Of a stretch of 64,000 nucleotides of DNA, positions 22,574 through 35,321 are shown piece after piece. The notes beneath the pieces were generated by a model. The model ran no database searches. It saw only the letters and a list, made by a program, of their open reading frames with translations, and was not told the DNA's origin. The translations under genes were made by a program, and so were the position numbers. Source of the DNA: Azolla caroliniana (Eukaryota; Plantae; Polypodiophyta); NCBI GenBank assembly GCA_043228905.1, contig JBHGNT010000002.1, positions 18,290,001 to 18,354,000 on the forward strand. Direction: 5' to 3'. Within the stretch, counting starts at the first letter, position 1. Each line of letters begins with the position of its first letter.

Positions 22574-24000
22574 CTAACGAGAGAAGCAATTTAAAGAGTT
22601 GTGGATTCTAAAGAGAGAAGGATCTAGGATGAGAGAATGTAGAAGAGGGATAATAAAGATGAAAGAGAGTGCAAGTTTGGAGTTGCCACCCTCTAGCACC
22701 TCTTCTTTGCTCCAGAGCAGCGGTCCAACATTTAGTCGACCAAGGAGCTTATCAATGGCTTGCCTTGGAACTGACTTAGTAAGTAAATTAGCCACATTTT
22801 CTTGAGTAGGACAATAAGCCAAGTTGATGACTTGTGATTTCACTAATTCATGAACAAAATGGTAGTGCACTTCAATATGTTTTGTTCTACCATGAAATGC
22901 TAAGCTATGTGCCAATGCACTGGCACTTTGGCCGTCATTGAAAACTACAATAGGAGAGTCTCTCAAAACACTAACGTGACAAGACAATTGCATTAACCAT
23001 AGCAACTCACAAGTATCCAAGTACACTCGATATTCAGCTTCCGTCGATGAAGTAGAAACTAAGTTTTTCTTCTTTGATAATTTCCAAGAAATTAAGCTTG
23101 AACCTAACACAAAACAATAGCCAGATGTGGACATTCTAGAGTCAATATCACCTGCCCAATCAGCGTCCGAGTAGCTAACAAGCTCAATGTGTCGTGTAAA
23201 AGAGAGACCATAGTTGAGTGCGTTGGCCAAATACCTAAGAACGCGAATAGTTGTTTGCCAATGACTGTCTTGGAGTACTTGAGAATTGGCTGAGAATACT
23301 CACACTATAGGACAAATCGAGCTTGGTGTAAATTAAGTGAAGAGACCCAATTAACCTTCTATATTTTGTGATATCTTCAAATATGGGAGAATCGTCTTCA
23401 CGAGATAGCTTTGAGTTTAGATCCATTGGATAACATAGTGGCCTGCAATTTGACATGCTATAGGTCTCAAGGAGTTCCTTGAGATACCTATGTTAGCTGA
23501 GGAAGATTCTACCATGTGATTAATAGACCTCCATACCTATGAAGTAATGGAGAAGTCCTAGGTCAGTCATTTCGAATGTGGTTTTGAGATTAGTGCTGAG
23601 CTCCTCGATTTTAGAAGGGACTCTATAATTAGAAGGTCGTCAACATATAATATGATCAAGCATAACAAATTATCTTGAGAAAAGTCATAGAGATTGTTGT
23701 CAGCATAACATTGTTGAAACCCAAGAAGAGAAAGAAGGTATCAATTTTGTCATGCCAAGCTTTAGGAGCTTTCATTAAGCCATACAAGGCTTTGTGTAAT
23801 CTGTAGACTATGTTTTCCTGCTCTAAAATCTCGATACCTTGAGGTTGTTGAGTAACATTTTGCAACTAGACATGCCTTATGTTTATCCAAGGTACCATTA
23901 GCATGGTACTTGGTCTTGAAAATTCATTTCAATCCAATGACTTGCCTATGTTGAGGTTGAGGGACCAACTCCCATTGTTGCTTTCCACTTCGGAAGAACA
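22574..24000 (-). mobile_element. Decayed Ty1/copia RT-RNase H
   Basis: YSDADWAGD..STSGY..SSTEAEY..FHGRTKHIEVHYHFV (22574-23230), YRRLIGSL (23235-23456), LHKALYGL..APKAW (23656-23865). Confidence 0.9.
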
Positions 24001-25528
24001 AGGGCCTCTTTTTCTATAGTGGGTTCTTGTGATTGCACAACAGTGCATAGCTTTACAAAGGAAATATATGTCAAAGTTGGTCAATGGATTCCGTTTATGC
24101 GCTTTTCATACCGACCCATTTTTAGCGGTAGTTGATTATCATCAGACACCTAGTTCCTTTTACATACATGTTACACACCTTCTCCTGAGTTCCCATGTGA
24201 TTGACAAACTGATGACAATTGGAGAGGGGGCAACATCATTGACCAGTGGGCGCCAACGGGCAGCAATAGAGGACGATCAGTCGACTAGGCATCCACTCGC
24301 AACAATCGCACCAAATCACCAGTTGACGTGACCTCATCAAACATGCTTGTCAACAACTATCTAAGCCCTCATCATTCAGACCATGTGGCATGTTACCATA
24401 TGAAGGTGGATTTGCTTAGAAGGGTGCCGCCCACACACAGGCTAACAACATAAATTTAGACATAATTATAGTTGAGGTGGCACATGAGGAAAAGAATTGT
24501 TGGTAATTACACGGTACACGGTACACCAACTAGCTTATTGTTTTCTATTGGGGAAATATTAAAAGAGGTTGTATAAGGCATTCCAGACTCGATCACTTAA
24601 GAGAAGAACGTACAGCAGAGGCTTCTTTCTCTTGCTATTACTCTTTATCACCTTAGTAATCTTTGGTACCACAACATCAACTATAGCTTATCCTTATTCT
24701 TCAAAGCCCTCAAATATCAGTGTTTCTATCACTTCCAAAACTCCATATCTGTTGGGCCTCAGGTCTCTAGCTAATTACACAATGGCATTGCCAATTTTGT
24801 GTGCACTTTCAATACGACGGAACGAAGCTACATCATCCCAAACCGCAAGCAGGGACAAGCAACCAACCGACATTTTTGATAATTTTATCGCGAGGTTCAA
24901 AGTGGACAGGATGACGGAATCAGTGGCGACAACCGCAATCACATCGTAAAAAACGATGTCACTTGACAATTCACCATTACTGTCAGCAAAAAGAATGCAT
25001 CATCTCAGGTTCCACGATCTTTTTTCGCAAGCTCAAGGTGGACTACAAGATGTTGCAAGGACGTTTCAATAAAATGGATATTTAAGTGGCAGAAAGTTTT
25101 GTAGGTTTTCAACGTTGCGTAAGACAAGATACATATGGGGAAAAGGATCTTAAATCACAACTTTTAGAATGCAGAAAGGAGCTGGCAGAATTATAAAATC
25201 AACAACTCCATAAATACCTATTAATAAAGGAGCTGGCCTCATAAATACCTATTTAATGTGGAGTTAGGATCTCATTAGTTGTACAAAATATTCTTTCAAA
25301 AGTATTAGTACAATTTTGAATTTGAGATTCTATAACTCCAACAAAAATTAGAAAACATTATATTATATCAAAACATTTTTATTGTTTATTTGGAGAAATC
25401 TAAAAGGCCTTTAATCCCAAGATATTTGAAGCTTTGCACACTTGTATCAATTTTCCTTGTAACAATGGGTAGTGCCTTGGTTGTTCAATTATGCTATATA
25501 ACAATGACAAATGTATATTCTGGGTCAG

Positions 25529-25674
25529 GACATAATGATGTTGAGGAATGAGGTGGAGAGGCTTCAACAACGGCAAAGGTATGATATGTCCCACAAGGCT
25601 GAATGTAAAATCTATGATGTTTGAGCATCAGATTAGTTACCATCAATGCTTTGTTACAATCATTATGCTTATCG

Positions 25675-25770
<96 letters not shown>

Positions 25771-28523
25771 TGTATTTGTCGCACTTTGACAATCCCCTTT
25801 GTATGTATTTCCATGTTTCTTATCATATTGGTAGACAAATATTATACCCTATTGTTTATGGGTTGTATGTTATAAATATATTCGATGGGTTGTTGACTCA
25901 CTCCAAGGTCTCCCACGAATAGCACAGTAAATGTGTGCGTGTGTCTTTGACATATAAGCAAGATAGAGAGGATCAAATCCTCACTTGACCGGAAGATAGA
26001 ATGAGAAAAGGCCATGGTCATCTTTTTATTCATTAAATTCTTTTAAGATAGAAGATGTATGCCCCCTTTGTTTCAATGTTTCCATTTGGAAAGCAAATCT
26101 ACTCACTTCACATTTAGGTTTCTAAGGAAAGATATTGTGTGTATAGATTGAGAACCGGAGATAAGCAGGCACTACAGAAGCTGTCGTATGAGGATCTTCA
26201 GAAGTTGGAGGAGGAGGTAGAAAAAGGATTGAGAAGTATCCATCACGTTAAGGTAAAGGTAACATGTATACTCTGTCATAGTTATTTAAATGCCCACCAC
26301 CTTCTTGGTAACTTGGTATCCTGTTAATGATGTCCATTAACTTCTCACTAGAAGAATTACCAGAATTAATGGATACATAGTGAAGACATTGGAAGATTGT
26401 CTAATTGTTTGAAGACCATGATTCGTGCCCAGGCCACGGGTGATAGGGTTCTTCCTTCACCCCCTGGGGGTTCTCACCTGTCATGGATTAGATTAGGGTC
26501 CTTACTACCTATTTAAAGTAGGCCTCTCCCACGCTTTGATATCAACACTGTCACCAGGTAGCATCTATTGTCGAAATCGCCATTGAAGCTCATTAGTGCA
26601 CACATGAGCGAAACCATCATTTGTTTTGTCTAGTTCTTGACAGGATTTGTGAACAAACTTTTAGATCGCTGGGTATCTTTTATTGTCTCACAGTTATCTG
26701 AATCTGCTGTGTTTCATTTCATTCAAATTAAACTCGATGGTATATGTTTGCTCAACTTTCATGTTAATGTTGACCCTGAGCTTTATGGAATAAGTACCAT
26801 CATTTTCTATGCTTGCAATTGTAAACTAGTCATGAATGCATTACAGAATGTGTGGATATTTTCACTTTCTTTTCCTTGAATGTTAACTGCAAGATTACAT
26901 TAGGAAGTAAATTGGACGTATCGAGAATTTACTCGATAAATGAATTCCTACATTCTGACAATGTTACATAAATATTTGTCTTGGCCTAAATATTTGATTC
27001 TGACAATGTTACATAAATTTAGGAGGAACTGTTGTCAGCTACGGTGGAGACCATGGTCCAGAAGGTTAGTAATAACTAACAATCAATGACAGAGAAGGAT
27101 GTTTTCGTGTGCTTACATGTATTTGTGTGTTGGGTAGAGATGTAGTATATGTATGTCTATAATTATGCATTTACTTATAAATGTTGTTATGTTACATAAT
27201 AATTTGGGCAGCAAAGAGTATGTGTGTGTTGGGTAGAGATGTAATATATGTATGTCTATAATTATGCATTTACTTATAAATGTTGTTATGTTACATAATA
27301 ATTTGGGCAGCAAAGAGAGCTCATGAAAGAAAATGCGAGGTTGCTGAAGGAGGTGAGGGATCAGATCCATCCTTTTAATCTAGCATCTGTATACGTACAT
27401 GCTAAACTTTTATTTTAACTCATTTATTCAGTCTACCTATTCATCATTACATAAACATTGGATGTGAGCAAAAACAGTGAATGTTGTTGTAGTTGATGGA
27501 ATCGAGACCTTATAATCATGGTCTCCACCTGGAAGAAGAAGAAGAGGACAATTATAATGGAATGGTGGGAGCATCGTTCGACCCAGGAGAGGAAGAAGTA
27601 GAGAAGATGAGGATGAGCTCCACCTCTTCTTACCATCATCCAGTGGCGGTTGTGTTGGGGGGCGAAGGCAATGGCGAGGTCATTAGCCCAACAGGAGGAG
27701 GATGTGATGATGCTGTGAGTGCCTGCAATGATGAGCAGCTGTTGCAACTCAGGTATGTCCATCATTCATCATCATCATATATATGCATCCATCTATTTCT
27801 TTCATCCATTCTATCCATCCTTGGGGAGAGATGAAAAAAACCTTCCTTGGGCCCTTTCAGGAACTTGAGAAAAAAAATTTTAGTAGAGGATATTTCAGGG
27901 TGAATTCCCTTGTCTGTTTTTATAATGCCGAAACATGCCCCCAACTTTTCAGGTAGCTACTACATACATACATTGTGTTCGATAAACCCAACTTTAGTGT
28001 ATTGAATTCCATACACACAATGTTTTGAAATTGTGTTAATCACAGATACCTTACACATGTTTAAGGTAGGAAGGTCTTAAAAGAAAGCCGAATTAGTGTG
28101 AATTCGTGCTGCAATTTATTCGAATTGCACATTCACATCTTAAGAGCTATGCTGGGATATCGGTTGTAGGTGAAGGTAGAGCCACTTCAAATATTTATGA
28201 TGTTTCCGTCTTAGAACACACTCTAAATATTGTGATAATTATATTATAACAATTGCAACAAATGTAAATTAAGCTTTGTTACATTTATGTAAAGGTAGCT
28301 TGCAATGTCATGGACATGATATAAGCATGGAAACCTCTCTAATTGAGAGATACATGTATTAATGTTAACAATTTAAGAGGAAGGGATATCACTTTTTGTG
28401 GTTTTGAACAGTAATCAAATGTGATTATTTAACATGATAGTTTTTGGACACAGACTTAGCAGCTCTTCTGCTTCTGTTATAATTGACGGCAATGGAGGCG
28501 AGTCGCAAAGTAATTCAAATTAA
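25529..28523 (+). CDS. MIKC(c)-type MADS-box transcription factor, K-box and C-terminal exons (5' part not found in window)
   Basis: AG/GT-bounded, phase-compatible exons: 25529-25578 (DIMMLRNEVERLQQRQR), 26147-26252 (LRTGD..LSYEDLQKLEEEVEKGLRSIHHVK), 27023-27064 (42 bp), 27311-27352 (42 bp; QRELMKENARLLKE), 27493-27752 and 28454-28523 (stop). The ~100/42/42 bp pattern is typical of MIKCc K-box exons. The protein carries an LQLRL (LxLxL) motif near its C-terminus. Confidence 0.85.
25678..25769. repeat. (TG)n microsatellite, ~46 units, in a MADS intron
   Basis: Perfect TG run seen directly. Confidence 0.95.
27120..27317 (+). repeat. 99-bp tandem duplication spanning a MADS splice acceptor
   Basis: Units 27120-27218 and 27219-27317 are nearly identical; both end TTTGGGCAG|CAAAGAG. 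Confidence 0.95.
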
Positions 28524-31500
28524 GATGTACCCACCAACACAAAAGGTAATCAAAGTAAAGTAAATGTCACTTACTAATCTCACTCATCCTTAAATTTAGA
28601 CCCACTCTTGTAACTTTGCACTTTTGTAGTGAGCTTACCATGTACATATGGATCTATTCATTGCCATATTCTTACAAGCTTTTCTCCAAGTTCAGTTTGT
28701 GTATGGACCCTCAACCAACCAATGTCACAATGTCGACCGCCTCATAATCTTTCCGTTTTCAAATGACAATTTGCTAGGATATCACTTTGGTGTTCAGGGG
28801 AGCTATCTAATCTGAAAAGTTGTTGTAAACCTTGTTAATATACTTGTGCTAGCTATAGCAGTACAATAAACTTCGGAATTCAATCTTTCCAAAGTTTTTT
28901 GGTTAAGGCTGAATTAAGTATGATAGCCTCCACACGGTTTTGGATGTGTTCTCTGGACTTCGTACGTTATTTTTAAACGCGACTTTTTATAAGAAAGTGA
29001 AACTGAATTGTAAGCTGTAGATAGTTGTTATGTTGTTACTCAACTTTTGCTAAACTTACTCAACACTACAAGGATTTTGGTTGAGCCTCTTTTGTATTAT
29101 TAGAAATGAGTTGGATGTGTTGTGTTGAACTTCATCATTGCACTACTTGGTACCGTCTTTACAAAGTCTTTTGTTAGTTTTTCTTTCTTCCCTATTATTT
29201 TAACCTTCTTAATTCTATCTTTGCCTTCGGCTTCAAGCATAATATGAGTGGTTGGAAATAACACAAAATAATGAGTACGAGCAAAACAGAAAAGCAAGCC
29301 CCTTTATCTAAGGGAGAACATGGTCATATGCCCTAGCTTAAAAATTCTGTAAATAAATTGATAATAATTGCATAAGACAATGTAAAGTCTTTGCCCAAAG
29401 TCATGGTGCATTTAGGTTCCCTCCCTCAAAACTAATTTGTTTTCACTTTGTTTTTGTGAATGCTTTATACTTCAAAGAAGATGTTGCCAAAATATGAACA
29501 TGTGTGATCAAGTAAGGACATACATAAGAAATTATAAAGAAACAATGGAATGAACGTTAGCAACATACTAGTGTTATGCACACATAACATGGGTGAGGGA
29601 AGGTCACTAATATTTATGCAACATAAGTGAAGGGTATGTTCACTAATGTTAGAAAGGACCTAATGTGATTGGATAGACGAAATGATAGGTGAATGTGCTA
29701 ACATGATCGTGACAACCAATTAATGGAGTCATTTAGAAAGTCACATCTAATCAAGGGCCTAAGAAGAAGTATAAATATGAAGCCTAGCTTCCCTCATAAA
29801 ATATATCAAGTCGAAAGGTGAAGTCTTGAGATAGCCATGTTGTGGGCTAGGCTTTAGTCACGACAATTGTGTTATCTATTCCATGCTACTAGTCATCCTA
29901 ATATTTGTTGGTATGGGTTGTTGATGGTAAGCTTGTTGTGTCTAGATCATAGCTTAAGGTGGTTGGGACGAACGAATTCTTCTATTCAATCTATTCACCT
30001 TTCTTTTACTTTAGTTTGGTCTATTGATTAGTAATAGACTCTTACCAACTAGCATGGGGATAACGCTTTTTACAAAGTTCCTCTTTTTAAATTTTAATTT
30101 TGTAGACAGTTTTTGGGGAGAAAAAAACTAAGACTAAATTGCAAATAATGTAAGAATGTAAAACTACACCCCGAAAACAAGGGAAATATGAGAAACACAA
30201 TAAATTTACATAAAAACATCCCGAGCACCTCATACATAAATGGGATGAGAGGAAGAAGTAAATGACAAAAAGATAGTAAGAAAATGATGAGAAGGATCAA
30301 TGTAAATTGACAATGACAAAAGTACGAGCCATCCTGAATGCAAAATGAGAAGAGAAATCTTAACAATGTTGTTACTTTCAGTATGACCTATATTGAAGTG
30401 TAAATTGACTATGAATAATATATGATTCAAGTGTGCTTAACTACCAAGTCTTAGCTACGCCACACTTAGTGGTAACTAGTATATTATCTAAATTAAAGAA
30501 AACAACACCTAATGTCCTAACTGTAAGTCACGAATATTAGTAGTTGTCACTTTTGTTCATCTTCCTAGCCCTTCAAGTTGATTTGACATTCTCCTTCTCT
30601 AAATCTTTTTGCATTTATTTTTTTTCTTATTGATATCTCGGATAGCTATTGAAGTTTGGAAAGGACACTTTATACAAACATTAAGCACATTGTAATGTCA
30701 ACCTAGATTGACTTGCTATTACAATTGAAGCTCCATGGAACATTCGCAGATATGTGAAAGATGTGGAGGGGTGGATTATATATTGTTCAAAAAAGAAGTC
30801 TAACCTACTAAGATGGGATTGTTCACCCTTTTGGTGTTAACACTATGATTCTATGGGTAGACCCAATGTTGTGAATGTAGTTCCTCACAACATCCCTCAT
30901 TTTCATGTTCCTCCAAACATTTTCCTTCCACACATTCCTTTGTCACCCTTATTTGATAAAGGATTTACAAATAGCTTCATACCCACACACGTGTCTAAAT
31001 CCAATGCAACCCCCCTAAGCAAGTCACTTTTCTACAAGGGTGAAAACAAGGACAATGATTTCCTCATGGTAATTACAATTCATAAAAGCAACGACACAAT
31101 ATTAATCCTGTCATATTTGCATCTTGGAAGTGGGTACCATGCTTTTATGTAGCATATAGCAAACATGCCCACGTGCCTTTGTAAAGAATACATAGTAGAT
31201 ATACCACAAATGCGTGAATCATTTTGGATGATAAAATCTAAGCCATTTAGTATGAAGCATTCACTGGTGATTAATATTGTGGTTTATGCGAATTAAAATA
31301 AGTCATTCATACCAATTCATCCTAATTATAATGATTATCATTTGTGAGTAATTCATGTTTCACATTTTCGTTAGCAAAATAACATTGCGATTGATGGGAA
31401 AATAAAAGTGATTAGGATTGTGTTAGAGGTACTAATTATATCTCCAATAACCATTGTCATCAAATTCAGCTATAATGATTAGCACTCAATTTGATGCAAC

Positions 31501-32023
31501 CACCTTATTAACTAAACAACGGAGAGGTCATCATAATTCTAAAAAGATTGTGATGGTTAGTCTAGCCAAGAAGGTTAAAAGAAAAATGAACAAACAAACA
31601 TGCGAGGCCAATCTTTACCACACACATCTAAGTAAATGGAATCTACATATATACATGTATGTACAAACATATGTGTGGATAGTTCATTCCTTACGACAAA
31701 TCCAATGGAAGTCCACATGTTCTTAGTGACACTTTGCAACAACTTTGAGCATCATGCTACTATTCAAGGCAATATAAATAAGCAAGGATTGAGATTATAA
31801 GAAGTTATGAATTGTTATGGACAAAGAAATGGACAATCGAACAAAGGTATTATCTTCTAGGGCCATAACAAATGGAAATGGGTGCCTTTTCTTTTAAGAA
31901 ACCCCCACCCAAAACCAAACTTGAGGGCAATGATGGGGGCAAGGACTGGGCTCGAAGGAAGGGTCAAATCGTGTTCATCACGTATTATTACTCAAGATGG
32001 GATCAACATGGATTCACATTATA

Positions 32024-35000
32024 TTATTGCCATCCAAGAACATTGTCCAAAACCAACACTAGTGCAATGGAGAATGGATATAAGAAAAATGCGATGGCAG
32101 CCATCCACGTCGGGAAGATTTTCCGGAAAGACGCCAAGAGACCCATCAAAATTGTAACCAAGCATATCACCAACACCTCTGAAGAGAAATCCCACACCAA
32201 TTGTCTTGTATAAACCACCGCCAAGAAGATACCCAATCCCATCGTGCAGTTCATTGTCACACCTCCGTATATCTAGCAAATTCAATCCCCATCATCAAAA
32301 TTAGTCTCTCCCACACTCAAGGACAACAATACATCTTAATCATAACCATAATCATCCCGCTCGCACTCGCACTCATGTTAGGTGTACATTAGCCGGTTTC
32401 ATAGATGAAACCTCTTGGTATAACAACATGCATAATAAAGTCCTAGCCCTATCCAAGTCATGCCCACGAAACGAGTTCGTGCGAATTAGATATCCATCAC
32501 ACCACGCAATGGAACCCAAATTCTTCAAAACTCTAGGATCAAATGGCCATATATGTATGTATGTAGTATGTATGTATGTATGTATGTATGTATAGCGACT
32601 TTACTTAAACACCCAGACATTTTTGCCTGCTCTAAACAAAAACAGAGTGAAAACCCACATACATAGGACTCAGGAGTCGACCAGGGGCCGTTAAACCGGT
32701 TTGGCGAAACCGGTTTGGTTTGGACAAGGCCAAACCGGTCAAGCGAAAACCGAAGCGTTGCGGGTTCCTACAAGGCTGAGGAGGGATGGAGAACTGCAGC
32801 AAACAATGATTGACACAGAAAGCTTGCGCAGAAGATTTCTTTTTGTAGAAGGAGAGGGGGGTTTACCTGAGAATATGTTAATGACATGTTCCTCTTCTTC
32901 TTGCGAGCCGAGAACAGAATGGAGGAGACGGCTTCGCTTGAGTTGGAGGCAAGAGGCAGGAGCACGAAGGAGATGAAGAAGGACGGAATTTGGCTTGCCG
33001 TCGAGAATTCAGAGACGGCATCGACCAGCGGATCCGCAAACACTGCGGCCAGCAGAGTCCCCGCGATGAGCAATATCACCGCTTTCCTTATTATTTGGAA
33101 TTTGGTCGGTGGGATCGTCTCACTTTCTTCCTCATCTTCTTCTTCTTTCAGTTTCTCAAGCTCACCCAGAAAGCTCTTAGCCTGAAATGCATTTTCAAAG
33201 GAGATCAGATTCATCCCATCCCTCCGTTTTGAAAGTACAACCTAAGTCTTGCTTCTGCTTAATTAAGCATTGTCATAAAAGAGAAAATCTGCAAATAACT
33301 TGTTAGGAAGATCAACAGGTCCACCCAAGCATCTGCCATGTCATGTAGATAAGATAAGATAGAGAGGGAATATGAAATTAGTTAGAGAGCCTGGGTCACC
33401 TCAGCCACGCTATGCCCGATGGATCGCTGGCGGTGGAGGTTCAAATCTTTACTCCATTTCCGTAAGCCATCCAAGAACTCTGCGTATGTAATTCGGCCAT
33501 CGTTGTCCACATCATATTCCTTCATTATGTGGTCCACCATCTGTGCCACATCATTTTCCTTGCCCTCAACAAACGTGACTTGTAGCATAGAGTGCAGCTC
33601 TTTCTTCTCCACAAGGCCATCGCCGTTTAGGTCAATTGCCTTGAAGAGCCTGGTCAGTCAGTCAGTCAGGAAGAAGACAACATTTAAATTGGAATTTTGG
33701 TGAAGGTATATAAATTACATCATTTCTGATAGATTTCTAAGCAATCAGCTCTCTTTTTTAGTTACATGGCTGACCCGCTGCTCAATAAAAATCCATGTCA
33801 AAGAAAAGACACAGTCCTTTGCTTACTTCTCTGCAATTTGCTCGTCTAGGACCCCGTGTTCATTGATAAGCGACGCCCTATCAACTTTCCTGAGAAGATG
33901 AGACATTACACCAGCCTTAATTATCATCTTTATTGCGATTTCTTTTCGTCGCTCTTGTATCCATGGGGTGAACACCTGCCATATCATAATTAAATACAAA
34001 TAATTATCGAATGTACTCTAAATAGCAGAGAGGTCCCCATTCATTCCATACAAAAGTTGAGCCTCCACTAGATCAACATTTTAGTTCGTATCCTGTCATT
34101 CTTCATTTGGCTTCGCTCTTAATGCAACATGTTTACCATAGGATTTGCCTTTTCCTCAGTCATTTTAATCTCTCTGTCTGTCTACCTGGATGTTCTTTTC
34201 CATTCATTTTAGTATGCAATTTTGGCATGTTAGGATCCATATACATTCAAGGGAGCCATAATTCTGTTGGAGGGGTAACATTCAACTAGCCTTTTATACA
34301 TTATTATGCAGAACAAGTTTAAACTTCACAATATACTTGAGGGTAATCGATAACCTGAAACATCACGCAAGTTCATGCTACATACACACAGTGGCGGTGC
34401 TTAGTGTAAATAAAAGCTTTCTTGAGTATTGGAAAACAGCCGAACGGGGGTAGCAGACCTGGTAAAGACAATAGGACACAAGTCCAGCCAAGGCCAGCAC
34501 ACAAGCCACTAGGACAGGAATATTTCCAGTTGCACTAAAGTTGAAAATGCTTGGAAGTTGGGCAACGACAAAGGGCACAATGGAAAGAATCATGATTCTT
34601 GCTGATAACCGAGTCAAGTCATCATTCTCCACTCCGGTTTCTGCATTCATACCCCAAAAAGAAAAATGACATTAGACAGAGTATACTGATGTATTGCCTC
34701 TTATTTGCAGATCAAGCAACGAATTAATCACTAATATAAGAAATGAGAGAGAATGACTGCCATTTCCCTAATTTTGCGAGCCACTGTGTAATTATTGTTG
34801 AAATCTACACACACATATATATATACACAATGAGAGATGTATTTATACTTGTGAGATCGTAAGGTTTGGTTAGAGTCTTATCGATGGTAGAAAGCTTTCC
34901 ATCCTCAAGCTCCGTGAAGTCACAACGACCCAGCAAGAGGCAGCTTCCCCATAAAACTGTCAAAAGCATCACAATTGATCCTGCTAACAACCCCATGCCG

Positions 35001-35281
35001 ACCAATACCTGCTCTTGAGCTTCAGCTTGTGTGCCTCCTAACCCAGAAACTGCACAAACATATCGATTTATTTGTGGTGTTGATCATAACATGAAGCAAA
35101 CATGTGAACCATATTAGATCTAATAATTATATTGATCAAACCCTTACAATCATTGAACGTACCCTAACCAAGACTTCCACAAATTCATCAAATTAGAAAA
35201 CTTCCCCTCAAATGACCTCCAATGGTCAAGTTCCAAATATGTATACAAGACCACAAGCTACCTTGAAATTGTGGGCTAATC

Positions 35282-35321
<40 letters not shown>

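Noticed and set aside
24569-24969. ORFs 24569-24949 (+) and 24775-24969 (-)
   Set aside because: No recognisable domain or splice structure.
32685-32760. AACCGGTT palindromic cluster in NCL intron 6
   Set aside because: Probably a short DNA-transposon subterminal remnant, but no TIR or TSD could be defined.
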